This document shows, piece by piece, positions 1-9,607 of a stretch of 64,000 nt of DNA. The stretch is taken from positions 32,001 through 96,000 of the IMG/VR virus record IMGVR_UViG_3300013121_000034, one strand, 5' to 3'. Source of the DNA: a virus (taxonomy: Duplodnaviria > Caudoviricetes). Every line of letters begins with the position of its first letter. The stretch's first letter is position 1. The position numbers and the translations under genes were made by a program. Below the pieces are notes generated by a model. The model was given only the letters and a program-made list of their open reading frames with translations. It was not told where the DNA came from and did not search any database.

Positions 1-16
1 CAGCCTACCGCCTGAG

Positions 17-943
17 TTGATCGTCAAATTTTTGAAGCGAGCCGCGCGCAAGTCGAAGGCTAACATAAAAGTGTGGGTGCCGGGGCGTAAGCTGGTTGAG
101 AACGATGTTGTCGTTTTTATGGGCGTCGAAAGCTTCCAATCGGTGTTGCGGCAAACCATGCGCGACAAGTTGGTATTCACGCCCGTAATTATGGACGCCG
201 CACTTAATTTGAGCCTGCGCAATTTCGAAATCCTCGACGTGAAACGAAACGTACTCGCGGAGGAAGTCGCCAATATCGTAATGCGTGGTCGCAACATTCT
301 ACCCAACACAAGCTTTTTCCCATTCAAGCGCGACAAGCCCATTTACGATCTGATAGAGGAAACCCAAAAGACGTCGCGGTTCCTCGATACATACTACACA
401 CTTTTTTACACGCTACCTAAGCCGGTGCAGCCTTTCGTCAAAGAGATTGTGCTTAATTTTATGGTAGGGAGAACGAGTGAAGCGACGTTTGAATCCAAGA
501 TAGCCAAATACATGCCTAAGCGTAGTGAGTCGCGTGCCAAGTTCGACAAGCTTCTCGCTATGGTAAAGGGAACGACAGGACAGCAATTGCGCATAGCGAT
601 TGCGCGCGTTCTGAGCGGAAAGCAAACGGCGAAAGCCGTTGCAGAAAAAATGAGTCTGAGCGCGTTTGACATTACCTATTTCATCAAACTGAGCGTAACG
701 AAACAAAAAGAAGATGTATTGGTAACACACGCTACTAAGCCGCAGAAATTACCGCAAACGAGTAAGGCAAAAGCAAATGTCAAAGGAACAGTTGGTCGAT
801 CAAATCAAGCGAAACCTCCGAAACGCCGTGCGAACGGCGGCTCTGGAGTTGCGCGCTCTGATGGGAAAAGAACAAGCGGAAGACATGGTCGTGGCGCAGG
901 TCGTCCTGCAATTCCCGGACGTGGCCGTCGTGCACGCGCCTAA
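17..943 (+). CDS. hypothetical phage protein with basic C-terminal tail (may start before the window)
   Basis: 308-aa ORF co-oriented with the downstream cluster; no recognised motif. Confidence 0.6.
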   Translation: MIVKFLKRAARKSKANIKVWVPGRKLVENDVVVFMGVESFQSVLRQTMRDKLVFTPVIMDAALNLSLRNFEILDVKRNVLAEEVANIVMRGRNILPNTSFFPFKRDKPIYDLIEETQKTSRFLDTYYTLFYTLPKPVQPFVKEIVLNFMVGRTSEATFESKIAKYMPKRSESRAKFDKLLAMVKGTTGQQLRIAIARVLSGKQTAKAVAEKMSLSAFDITYFIKLSVTKQKEDVLVTHATKPQKLPQTSKAKANVKGTVGRSNQAKPPKRRANGGSGVARSDGKRTSGRHGRGAGRPAIPGRGRRARA

Positions 944-987
944 CGACGAAGACGGCACACCGTATCTAGGGGATATTGTGAACTGTC

Positions 988-1659
988 ATGGCACGCTTGA
1001 AAACGCTCATTGAATCGATAGCGTCGTCGCGCGTAAAAAAGATGGACCTGTCCTCGCGTAAAACCAAGGACACGCGCTCTATCAACGTTGCGACGACGCG
1101 ATTTCGTGCGATACAAATTATCACGTCCGATTTAGACGGCGTGGAGGATGGCGCTTTATCTGCGGCCACGTTTGCGGCGAATGTAACTGAGCGCGTGAAG
1201 GTCAAGAAAATCAGCGCAGACCGGGACGCGCTTAAAGATGCCATCAAGCGTGCTGATGTTGTGCTAATTGCTGGCGACTATCCGTTGCCTGTCAAAACCG
1301 GCAAGACTCCGATAATCAACCGCGCTCGTTTCGCATCTAATTACGCGACCAAAAAGAGCGTGCTGATGTATTACGTTGGCGAGCCTTATATGGTTCTCGT
1401 TGGCGGTCGCACGCCGCAATCTCTAGGGTTCACACTGTCGAATACTACGCCGCATCATTTGACGGCTAGGTTTGGCAGCGAAAAGATCGACGAGATTGTC
1501 GAGCGCAGATTTTTGCGTGTCGTTGTTGTTGGTCCCAAGCTATCCAACAGCAAGGACATTGCCGAAAGCCGTAAACGGTCGTCGGATTTTTTCACGGCGC
1601 TGCTAAAGGCTTTCTTGACGAAACCAACCCCTCCAGTTGATGAAGGAAAAGAACGATGA
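988..1659 (+). CDS. hypothetical protein
   Basis: 223-aa ORF; stop overlaps next ATG (ATGA). Confidence 0.6.
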   Translation: MARLKTLIESIASSRVKKMDLSSRKTKDTRSINVATTRFRAIQIITSDLDGVEDGALSAATFAANVTERVKVKKISADRDALKDAIKRADVVLIAGDYPLPVKTGKTPIINRARFASNYATKKSVLMYYVGEPYMVLVGGRTPQSLGFTLSNTTPHHLTARFGSEKIDEIVERRFLRVVVVGPKLSNSKDIAESRKRSSDFFTALLKAFLTKPTPPVDEGKER

Positions 1660-2177
1660 CTGACGGAAATGCAGCTAATGGCGTCGCGGCAGCTATTAGC
1701 GATGATACTATGGCGAGTGCAGCTTTGGCAGCCGCAGCCAAAGAAAATGAGCGCGTGTCGTCGGTGAAAGCGACAAGCGACGACGTAATTGAAATCGTTC
1801 GCCAAGACGCGCCAGCAGCGGAGGCTCAAAAAGCACCTACGGTTCAGGACGGCACCGCAGAGCAGGCCGTCGGTGCAGCTGATGAACCGACACAAAACGA
1901 TCCCAACCCGGATGCCTCAGAGGAAAAGACGATCCCGCCAAACTTTTTCCAAGTCGCGCGTTTTGTCGTGTCAGCGGCGGCGATCAGTCAGGACGATTTG
2001 AACGAAATGGTGAAACGCCTCGTTGCGCTGACCAAACAAATTCGCGCCGACTCCGGTTTGGAGCAGACGCCGAGCATTCGCGTCGAGGTTTTGCAGGCGA
2101 ACGGTCAGCTTGTGAAACATGAGGTTCTTTACGTTCCCGAGAAACTTGGCGGCGGCTATCGCACTACGCAGGTCTGA
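1656..2177 (+). CDS. hypothetical protein
   Basis: 173-aa ORF translationally coupled to the upstream gene. Confidence 0.65.
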   Translation: MTDGNAANGVAAAISDDTMASAALAAAAKENERVSSVKATSDDVIEIVRQDAPAAEAQKAPTVQDGTAEQAVGAADEPTQNDPNPDASEEKTIPPNFFQVARFVVSAAAISQDDLNEMVKRLVALTKQIRADSGLEQTPSIRVEVLQANGQLVKHEVLYVPEKLGGGYRTTQV

Positions 2178-2182
2178 AAATC

Positions 2183-2365
2183 ATGCCCGGTCGATTTGAC
2201 GATTCTCTCATAGGCATTTTGTGTCTTGTGTTGCTCGCTTTCGCTGTGTGGGCGGTTCTTTCGCTCATGCAGAAGCGAAGGCAGAAACGAGAGCGTGAGA
2301 TTCGACCGGAACACGAAATGGATTTTGACCGGGACGTTTACGTCAATCCGGCCAAACGCAAATAG
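2183..2365 (+). CDS. small single-pass membrane protein
   Basis: Hydrophobic LIGILCLVLLAFAVWAVLSLM followed by a basic stretch. Confidence 0.6.
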   Translation: MPGRFDDSLIGILCLVLLAFAVWAVLSLMQKRRQKREREIRPEHEMDFDRDVYVNPAKRK

Positions 2366-2375
2366 GTTAGCTTCT

Positions 2376-2909
2376 GTGAGCGAGAAAAAAGATTACACCA
2401 CGCCGGAACAACGCGAGTTCATGGCGTGGCTGAAACCCGAGTCGTTGAAGCACGAAGACGGGCGCATCAAAACATTCCCCGCCCTGACGTATCTGTCGCG
2501 CAATAAACTTGTGATTCGCGCGCCGAAATTCCTCATGGATTTTTGGACCAATACGGTTGTCGGTATGGGAATGACATTTCCACGCGTGTATAAGTTCGAT
2601 CCCAAGGTCATGTATCCGCTGGTCAATGATGAAGATTCGCAGCCGATGCACATTCATATCGTCGCCGACAATTTGATGCGTCTTGGCGAAAACAACGTGT
2701 TCGGACATTTAATGTCCAGCCTTGTGCAATCCGTCATGCTCAACCAACATAGCGGCCTACTCGACAACTTTTATTCCGATGATGTTGTCATGGTAAAAAC
2801 TGCCGACAGCAATCGAATCGATATCGATTTGCCTGTCATGATGTGGCAATTGCGCGCCGTGAATGATAATCCACCCGGCCCGCATCTTATTAATGGAGAA
2901 CGCACATGA
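2376..2909 (+). CDS. hypothetical protein
   Basis: ORF 2226..2909; probable GTG start at 2376; ATGA overlap with next gene. Confidence 0.55.
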   Translation: MSEKKDYTTPEQREFMAWLKPESLKHEDGRIKTFPALTYLSRNKLVIRAPKFLMDFWTNTVVGMGMTFPRVYKFDPKVMYPLVNDEDSQPMHIHIVADNLMRLGENNVFGHLMSSLVQSVMLNQHSGLLDNFYSDDVVMVKTADSNRIDIDLPVMMWQLRAVNDNPPGPHLINGERT

Positions 2910-3283
2910 CTGAGGTTGTGCATGTTGTAACTGTGCTGAACGTCGACATTTCAGCTATCAAAGGCTCTGGCGCATTCATTCTCGAATATGCGACGAAGCC
3001 AACTGTCAAAGTTTACGCCGATGCAAAATCGGCGGCTGATTATGCACGCGAGCGCATCGAAGCGGTCGAAAAGGCAGACGGCTATAAAGAACATAGGCCC
3101 GCTGTCCGCGTGATGCACGACGTTGAGCGCGGCCTTGTTTCGGAAACGACGATCTATCCCGAGAGCTATCTCAAGGCTGGATTTTTGCGCGTGACGCATA
3201 CGGCTGAACTCGTTTGGCGCGATCCGCCGCATTTTGGTCCTGATGAAAGCACGCGCATGAAGACGCGCGCTGGTGGAGGTTGA
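2906..3283 (+). CDS. hypothetical protein
   Basis: GGAGA RBS, 125-aa ORF. Confidence 0.6.
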   Translation: MTEVVHVVTVLNVDISAIKGSGAFILEYATKPTVKVYADAKSAADYARERIEAVEKADGYKEHRPAVRVMHDVERGLVSETTIYPESYLKAGFLRVTHTAELVWRDPPHFGPDESTRMKTRAGGG

Positions 3284-3284
3284 T

Positions 3285-4097
3285 ATGTCGCCTATTTCTG
3301 AACTGCTCGCATCGTTGCCGCGTGCGCGAAACTTTGCCGAATTTGTCATGGCAGACAGATTTCTCGGTAAGCATTTCCAGTGTGCCAACGAGGAAACCAT
3401 CCTCGCCGCTATGGATGCGATGACAGAAATCTGTCAGGTGTGTTATCGCAGGCAACCGGAGGACAGACCGCTATCGCCCTTCACTATGCGACCGGGCTTA
3501 ATGGAATTTGGTTCTTGTTTGGTCTGCGATAAATCACGCCCGCATATGTGGCGCGAAGGCTCTGCGCATCACAAAAAGCAATTCGACATTACGATGCTCG
3601 AAAATCGCACTATGCTCCTGTTGCAGATCGCCGCTTACAATCTGCACCTTGTCTTGCGCGATAATCTGCGCCTCACGACGCAGGGTGCGTGTGAAATCGT
3701 TTTCAACGCCGCTACGCTTCAAAAGGCACGTGAAACTTTTTACAGTGTGTTCTGCGAAATGATTTCGGTTTCGCCGTGGTTCATGCGTTACCATGAATTG
3801 CTCGACGACATTGAGCGTATTACGCGCACGCCCGTTTACAACATCGATGCAGGCATGGCTGTTTATCACAACGTCGGTGTAGTTATCCATTGCGGTTTGA
3901 CGCGTATAGAGCAGCTTCGCGGACACACGAATTTGCTTGTGTTGATGGATGCTATCAACGCAGATAAAGCGCGTCGCGAAGACATGCATAGCACCATAAG
4001 CAAATCGTTGATTGCGACTACAGCAGCAATGGAAGAAAACGTGTATTCGAAAGGAAAAACGACGGGGCCGGTGCCTATGTTCGTGCACTCCTACTAG
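3285..4097 (+). CDS. hypothetical protein with possible Zn ribbon
   Basis: GGAGG RBS; CQVC...CLVC pairs. Confidence 0.6.
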   Translation: MSPISELLASLPRARNFAEFVMADRFLGKHFQCANEETILAAMDAMTEICQVCYRRQPEDRPLSPFTMRPGLMEFGSCLVCDKSRPHMWREGSAHHKKQFDITMLENRTMLLLQIAAYNLHLVLRDNLRLTTQGACEIVFNAATLQKARETFYSVFCEMISVSPWFMRYHELLDDIERITRTPVYNIDAGMAVYHNVGVVIHCGLTRIEQLRGHTNLLVLMDAINADKARREDMHSTISKSLIATTAAMEENVYSKGKTTGPVPMFVHSY

Positions 4098-4118
4098 AAC
4101 TTTTTATCGGGGCCTTTC

Positions 4119-4508
4119 GTGTATCAGCTACCGCTGTTTGGACACTCATATTCACGTTATGCGTATTTGTGTGAACTGCATCGCTACATCGGGGGCGGCG
4201 TCGAACTGACCAAGGCGCTATACGCGTTGGTTGCTGGCGTTGAACGCATAAAAGTGTTGCCGCAAGATTATCAAAGCCTGTGGCGCAACACCGATCACGC
4301 GACGCAGTATTTGATCGTGCGCATGGCGTCTACCTATATGGTGCCTTCCGATCATGCCTTCGAACAATTTCATCGCGACACGCCTGAGAGAACTTTGCAC
4401 GCTCCCGAATATTACCGTGTTCTGAAAGAGAAAATCACTGAATGGGGCGTTCTGTCCATCGAGGACCAAGTCCGTCTAGGCATTCGCAAAACCGATGCGA
4501 AGGAATGA
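4119..4508 (+). CDS. hypothetical protein
   Basis: 129-aa ORF filling the gap between genes. Confidence 0.5.
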   Translation: MYQLPLFGHSYSRYAYLCELHRYIGGGVELTKALYALVAGVERIKVLPQDYQSLWRNTDHATQYLIVRMASTYMVPSDHAFEQFHRDTPERTLHAPEYYRVLKEKITEWGVLSIEDQVRLGIRKTDAKE

Positions 4509-4511
4509 AAA

Positions 4512-5480
4512 ATGCAAACGTCACGCATGGACGCGCCTGAACGCGTAACTTATGACGATTGGATTTGTGTGCGCGCGGGCCGCAAATTCCATTTCGAAAA
4601 TGTGAGTCCGAGCAGCATACGCTTGCAGGATATTGCGACGGCGCTAGCACGCATCGCACGTTATGGCGGACACGGCGAGCGCAAATATACGGTCGGCGAG
4701 CATTCTTTGCGCGTGCATGATGCGATCTTGGCACACATTATCGAAACAACGTGCGAGAAAGACATTCTCGGCCAACGGTTGACGCAATATCAAATTCAAA
4801 CGTGCCTTCACAACGCCTTATTGAAGGCGGCATCCACGCTGTATTTCGCACTGATGCATGATGCTGTGGAAGCTTACATCGGTGATAAAGTCGCGCCGCT
4901 CAAACAATATATGGGTGATTTCAAAGCGAAGGAAAATCAAATCGAAGCGGTCGCCGCAAAAGAGCTGAAATACGATGGCGACAACAATATCGACCATGCG
5001 CTTGTGAAGCAGTTTGATCTGCGCATGTTGCGAACGGAGAAGCTGCAACTGTTGCCGTGGTATCCAGAGGACGCATGGCGCAACGACCATTTGGATATTG
5101 TAGAATCGCAGTGGCGTTTTGAGCCTGAGAAAAAACCGTTCCGCGCATATCGTGCCACGCGCACCGAAACCGAAGACAAAGTTCGCACGTATTTTTACGA
5201 GCGTGCAAGAGCCTATCAGGAGTTTATGACGACACTGTATATACGGAAACATCATTTCGATGCGTATGACGACGTGATGGCGGTGTCGTTGCGCCAGCTT
5301 ATTGCGAGCCTGTATTCTGCGCCAGTGAGGCGTTATTTGCGCGGCGTTTTGAGGCGTCACGGAGTCTCGGACAAAATAGTCGTCCATTTTCCGGTCCCGG
5401 TGGTGCCGTTCTGGCAGCGGGTAAAAAGATCGTGGGGCTTCTACCCTTACACGGTCATGGCTTGGGGCTCTAACCTCTAG
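4512..5480 (+). CDS. HD-domain phosphohydrolase (YfdR/YfbR-like 5'-deoxynucleotidase family)
   Basis: Motifs DIATALARIARYGGH, YTVGEHS, ALMHDAVEAYIGD..PLK, VKQFDLRML.TEK. Confidence 0.8.
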   Translation: MQTSRMDAPERVTYDDWICVRAGRKFHFENVSPSSIRLQDIATALARIARYGGHGERKYTVGEHSLRVHDAILAHIIETTCEKDILGQRLTQYQIQTCLHNALLKAASTLYFALMHDAVEAYIGDKVAPLKQYMGDFKAKENQIEAVAAKELKYDGDNNIDHALVKQFDLRMLRTEKLQLLPWYPEDAWRNDHLDIVESQWRFEPEKKPFRAYRATRTETEDKVRTYFYERARAYQEFMTTLYIRKHHFDAYDDVMAVSLRQLIASLYSAPVRRYLRGVLRRHGVSDKIVVHFPVPVVPFWQRVKRSWGFYPYTVMAWGSNL

Positions 5481-5512
5481 CCTTTCTGAGCCTTCCTAAA
5501 TCCCCTATCGAC

Positions 5513-5577
5513 TATAGGACCGTGTTCCTAGATTTTCGGCTCAAAAACGGGCCGGGGATTAGGAACACGTACCTATA
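5513..5577. repeat. 18-bp imperfect inverted repeat upstream of the early promoter
   Basis: TATAGGACCGTGTTCCTA (5513-5530) / TAGGAACACGTACCTATA (5560-5577), 16/18 complementary. Confidence 0.75.
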
Positions 5578-5606
5578 AATTCGGCCATTTTTGGCCTTTG
5601 GTGGGG

Positions 5607-5636
5607 TTGACAGGGGTCGGCGAATCATGCTAGAAT
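5607..5636 (+). promoter_or_regulatory. sigma70-type early promoter
   Basis: TTGACA-18 nt-TAGAAT with extended -10 TG, intergenic, ahead of a + strand gene run. Confidence 0.8.
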
Positions 5637-5738
5637 GGTCGGGGGACCATATCCCGAAGGATGACGGGTGCCCTAACAGTCTGCGGATTCAACGCGACGC
5701 AAAGAACGCGGACTGTTCAAACGCAACGGAGCATGTGC

Positions 5739-5930
5739 ATGAGCAAACGTGAGAAGTCTGCGAAATCGAAGGCCAAGGTTGCGACCGGCGGCGAACGGCG
5801 CGTGATCGCGCGAAAGGATGGGCGAATCGAGTTTGGCTTTCCGCCGCCGCCTTTCGTTTCCGCCTTCAAGCAATTCGGCGGCTATGCGCGCGGATCGAAG
5901 CTGTATCTCGCCAATCTCGGCGTGCTGTGA
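5739..5930 (+). CDS. small early protein
   Basis: GGAG RBS; MSKREKSAK..., 63 aa. Confidence 0.55.
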   Translation: MSKREKSAKSKAKVATGGERRVIARKDGRIEFGFPPPPFVSAFKQFGGYARGSKLYLANLGVL

Positions 5931-6028
5931 ATGCCGAAAAGATCGCACGCGTTTTGCGTGCTGCGAAACGCGCAGCGAGCGCGTGCAACGCCGAAGCTGA
6001 AAAGCTGAAAGCGTTTTTGACGGACTAA
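5927..6028 (+). CDS. possible 33-aa early peptide (MNAEKIARVLRAAK...)
   Basis: GTGA start/stop overlap with upstream ORF; below the ORF-track size cut-off. Confidence 0.35.
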   Translation: MNAEKIARVLRAAKRAASACNAEAEKLKAFLTD

Positions 6029-6148
6029 AATGTCCGCGTGAAATTCGAATGTGTGGAATGCGAAGGGGCCGAAAATATTTTCGGCCCCTTTTCATGCGTC
6101 TTTATGAGCGCGTGCACGCTCATTCAACCAAACGGAGAATGTAACATT

Positions 6149-6985
6149 ATGCGTAAGAACTCGAAGACCGCTGCGAAGGCCAAGACGTCGACGTCGCTGA
6201 TCCCGTTCGTGATTTTGGCTCCCGCCAATTCCGAACTGGCGCGGGCGCTCGCGGCGATTCATGCCGGTTTCACGTCGCCCGACGTGAACACCGTGCACGG
6301 ACTGTTCAATCAGCTTGTGCCGGAAGGCGAGTCGTTCAATGTGCAGGCGAAGACCCGCAAGGATATGAGCCTGATTTCGGAGTCGTATTTTTCGGACCCC
6401 GATAATGCGGTGCATGTCGGCGACGACGACAACGACACCGGCGAAAAGAAGCCGCGCAAGCGTCGCGCCGCCGCCGATGAAGGCGACAACGCGCCGGATG
6501 ACGAGGACGAGGGCAAGCCTTCGCGCAACAAGCGTCGCGCCGCTGCCAACGACGACAACGATGACGACAACGATGACGACAACGATGGCGACAACGGCGA
6601 CGACGAAACGCCTGATTTTTCGGGAATGAAGGCGTCGGAACTGCGCGCGTGGATTTGCGAGTCCGGCAATTTCAACCACGAAAAGGATTCGCCGGATTGG
6701 TCGGCGGATTGGCTCGCGCCCGACATTATCGCTGCGTATAAGGCGGCGGTGAAGGCGAAGGACGTCAAGAAGCAGGCGGCGTTGCTGCGCAAGAACGCCG
6801 AACGCATTTTCAGCGTTCAGACCAAGTGGGCCGAATCTGAAATCGACCTCGAAACGGCGGAAGGACGTGTCGAAAAGAAGGACGGCGATACGAATCTCGG
6901 TCGCGGTCGTCGCGGCGACGACACGAAGATCGCCCTTCTCGCTGCTCGCGCTGTCGCGGCGGGTTATGGGAAGCCCGCAGCGTAA
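6149..6985 (+). CDS. acidic low-complexity early protein
   Basis: AACGGAGAATG RBS; D/N-rich central region; ends in -AA. Confidence 0.75.
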   Translation: MRKNSKTAAKAKTSTSLIPFVILAPANSELARALAAIHAGFTSPDVNTVHGLFNQLVPEGESFNVQAKTRKDMSLISESYFSDPDNAVHVGDDDNDTGEKKPRKRRAAADEGDNAPDDEDEGKPSRNKRRAAANDDNDDDNDDDNDGDNGDDETPDFSGMKASELRAWICESGNFNHEKDSPDWSADWLAPDIIAAYKAAVKAKDVKKQAALLRKNAERIFSVQTKWAESEIDLETAEGRVEKKDGDTNLGRGRRGDDTKIALLAARAVAAGYGKPAA

Positions 6986-7084
6986 ACTGCGGACTACTCA
7001 AAACGATCAGGGGCCGGAGAAATCCGGCCCCTTTTCGTGCGTCTTATGCGAGTTGAAAATCTCGCTACAGGGAAAGGATTTTTA

Positions 7085-7318
7085 ATGAAAAAGGCAGCGG
7101 TTGCGGTCAGCGACAAAGTCCGCAAATCGAAAAAGGGAAAGCCGGAAAAGCTTTCCAAGCGCGAAGCCATCGCCAAGCTTGAAGCCCGCCTGATAGCGGT
7201 CGAGCAAAAGGTCGAGACCCTTTGGTCGTTCATGGATCGAACGCTCGAACGCCTCGCCAACGTCTTCGAAAAACCGAAGGCGACCGCCGCGAAGAAGGCG
7301 AAGACAAAGTCCGCATAA
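7085..7318 (+). CDS. small basic coiled-coil protein
   Basis: AAGGA RBS; K/A-rich termini. Confidence 0.65.
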   Translation: MKKAAVAVSDKVRKSKKGKPEKLSKREAIAKLEARLIAVEQKVETLWSFMDRTLERLANVFEKPKATAAKKAKTKSA

Positions 7319-7397
7319 CGGAAAAGCTACAAGGGGCCGCGTTTATTTGCGGCCCCTTGTATGCGTTTTATGCGAGTTGAAAACCACGGAGGATGAA

Positions 7398-7646
7398 ATG
7401 CGTTTGATTCAGAAGCCTTTTGATTGGGCCGACGTGAATGCGGTGAAGCGCCTTGCGCGGCGCATGGTCGCCAATCACGCATCGACCGCTGATGATTTGC
7501 ATGTGCGCGTGACGCGCTGCAAGAGCGGCAAGCATTCCATTTCAAAGATCGAAATGGGCGCGAAACCGACGCGCAACACGGTCGCCGATATTTGGTGGAT
7601 CGGCGAACGCGACTACACCGGCGAGGCGATGCAGCAGGCGGCGTAA
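7398..7646 (+). CDS. hypothetical protein
   Basis: GGAGG RBS; ends in -AA. Confidence 0.6.
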   Translation: MRLIQKPFDWADVNAVKRLARRMVANHASTADDLHVRVTRCKSGKHSISKIEMGAKPTRNTVADIWWIGERDYTGEAMQQAA

Positions 7647-7724
7647 TTCGCCGACTATCAAAAACGATCAGGGGCCGGAAGGACATTACGACGCGGTATT
7701 TTCGCCGCAATAGGAGGACTGTGA

Positions 7725-7904
7725 ATGCCTGCACCAAAACCCAACACCTTTGAAACGTAGAAGCGTTTGATAACGCTGACGCGTTTGTTGACGCTGTTGC
7801 AGCACGCCGAAGGTGAAAGCAAAGATTTTCAGCCTTCGACTGACGAAGAAAAAGAAGCAATCGCTTCGCTCTCGAAGACAGTGCGCATGTTCGAAGCACT
7901 CTAA
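7725..7904 (+). pseudogene. 59-codon ORF interrupted by an in-frame TAG at codon 12
   Basis: AGGAGG RBS, ATG at 7725, TAG at 7758-7760, frame stays open to TAA at 7904. Confidence 0.5.
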
Positions 7905-7934
7905 AAACTCGGACTGTCGTTAAAAACGGAGAAC

Positions 7935-8579
7935 GTGAAAATGAACGGTGTTGAAATCTCGGACAAGAGCAAGTTCACCAAGAAGGAACGCAAGAATATC
8001 GCGATGGCAGCGGCGACCGGAAACGCATTGCCGCCCGGCCTCAACGCGGTGACAGCCGATTTCGATTTTGTCGGCGACCGGCTGAATAAGAAGCCGTTGA
8101 AGGCGTTCCTCGCATCGAACCCGGTATTTCAGACGATGACGGCGAAGGACGTACAGTTCTACTACGACACGATAATCGACTCTGTGTCGTATTTGGACAT
8201 ATCGACGCCGACTATCATCGCCATCGGCGATATGCGTTTGAACGAAATCGCCGCCATGCAGGTCTTTATGGGGATTCATGACCTTGGCGAAATCACGGTC
8301 GATTTCGTCAATTGGGTAGAGCTCAATTGGGTAGAGCGTGAGGTTTCGCGCACAAAGAAGGGAAAGTTGAAAATGCGTCCGCATTTCGACCTTACCATCA
8401 CCTTTTCACGCAAGGCGATGATGATTCACGACTATCTGTTCGGCAGCAAGGAGATTTTCCCGCCGTTCGATTATTGCAATGGCGACAACTACACGACGCT
8501 ACAAAGCGAACGTGGTAAGCGTTTCACGAACGCGGTCGTGCATCTGACCATCGCGGTGGAAAAGCAGAGCAATCTGTAA
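7935..8579 (+). CDS. hypothetical protein
   Basis: AACGGAGAA RBS; 214 aa. Confidence 0.7.
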   Translation: MKMNGVEISDKSKFTKKERKNIAMAAATGNALPPGLNAVTADFDFVGDRLNKKPLKAFLASNPVFQTMTAKDVQFYYDTIIDSVSYLDISTPTIIAIGDMRLNEIAAMQVFMGIHDLGEITVDFVNWVELNWVEREVSRTKKGKLKMRPHFDLTITFSRKAMMIHDYLFGSKEIFPPFDYCNGDNYTTLQSERGKRFTNAVVHLTIAVEKQSNL

Positions 8580-8587
8580 TCTGCTAC

Positions 8588-8596
8588 GTGGTAAAG
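8588..8596 (+). promoter_or_regulatory. GTGGTAAAG recurrent intergenic motif (putative phage promoter element); first of ~11 copies
   Basis: Other copies at 10074, 10649, 13386, 16637, 19759, 24181, 29743 (variant), 31821, 36022 and on the - strand at 43994-44002. Confidence 0.55.
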
Positions 8597-8679
8597 AATG
8601 GGAGCGCGGGAGTCCTCGCGCTCCCTTCTCGCGTTTGGGTGCGAGAGATTTTCGCAATTGAAAATGGAGAGAGTTGAAA

Positions 8680-9027
8680 ATGCCGAAGCAGGCAAAGACT
8701 TCCAAGTCGGATAAGAAGGCGGCGAAAGCTGCGAAGGCCGAACGCAAGGCCGAAATGAAGGCCATGAAGGCCAAGCGCAAGGAATTGCGCAAGGCCGTTG
8801 ACAGCCTGATCGACGACTATCTCGACGCATCCTCGAAAGAGGAAACGGCGCATTATGCGACGAAGCAGGCTCGTCGCGAAAGCGACGACAAAAAGAGCAA
8901 GAAATTCGGCAGCATCGAAATGCGCTTCAACAACAAGGCCGGTACGTTGCGCGACAAGGTGACGACGCAGCTTGCTAAGCTGGCCGATCACGAGCGCAAA
9001 ATCGTGAAAGCGAAGCTGGCCGCTTAA
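8680..9027 (+). CDS. basic K/A-rich protein
   Basis: GGAGAG RBS; ends KAKLAA. Confidence 0.7.
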   Translation: MPKQAKTSKSDKKAAKAAKAERKAEMKAMKAKRKELRKAVDSLIDDYLDASSKEETAHYATKQARRESDDKKSKKFGSIEMRFNNKAGTLRDKVTTQLAKLADHERKIVKAKLAA

Positions 9028-9064
9028 AGCCAGCAACTACACACAAACCAAAGCGGAGAATGTT

Positions 9065-9607
9065 TTGATCGATCAAAAACGCCTGAAAAAGTTTTCCGAC
9101 ACATTCGAAAGCGGCCTGTGGGCTGCTATAGGTGAAGCCGGACTAACGGAAAAGGTGGGCGGTTGTTCGTATATGTGTCCCGGCCATGCCGTTACGTTTC
9201 AGCTTGCGTCGGATTATAACGGTTATGGACCGGACAGCGACGACAGTGAGGATGATTCCGACATAGCCGTTTTCGAAATGCTCGAAGGCCGCATCGACAT
9301 TTTCGAAACGGAAAGCGGTGAGTTCTTTTGGACCGTCTGCGGCATGCGCATTATGACGCCGATTTTGGCGTCGCTTATGTTCGTGTCGCCGTGGGCCGAT
9401 AAAAACAGGGACAACGTTGCGTTCGGCGGTTTCGAAAAAGACGCCTTGGACGCTGTGAAGCGGGCGCTTGCTGCATATGATCGACTCCAGCAATGGGTAA
9501 ACGAAATGCCTGTTGCGGATATTCCGGTCGTGGCGCACAAAGATAATCCGCTCTCCAGCGAATACGACGCGGATGACGACGAAGACTCTGCGCCGAAGGT
9601 GCATTGA
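9065..9607 (+). CDS. hypothetical acidic protein
   Basis: GGAGAATG RBS; 180 aa. Confidence 0.65.
   Translation: MIDQKRLKKFSDTFESGLWAAIGEAGLTEKVGGCSYMCPGHAVTFQLASDYNGYGPDSDDSEDDSDIAVFEMLEGRIDIFETESGEFFWTVCGMRIMTPILASLMFVSPWADKNRDNVAFGGFEKDALDAVKRALAAYDRLQQWVNEMPVADIPVVAHKDNPLSSEYDADDDEDSAPKVH

Larger units (their letters stand above)
6063..7678 (+). repeat. dispersed intergenic repeat: GGGGCCG..CGGCCCC hairpin plus TGCGT(C/T)TTATGCGAGTTGAAAA tail
   Basis: Copies at ~6063-6110, ~6992-7060, ~7331-7384 and a partial copy at ~7653-7678, each between genes. Confidence 0.75.
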
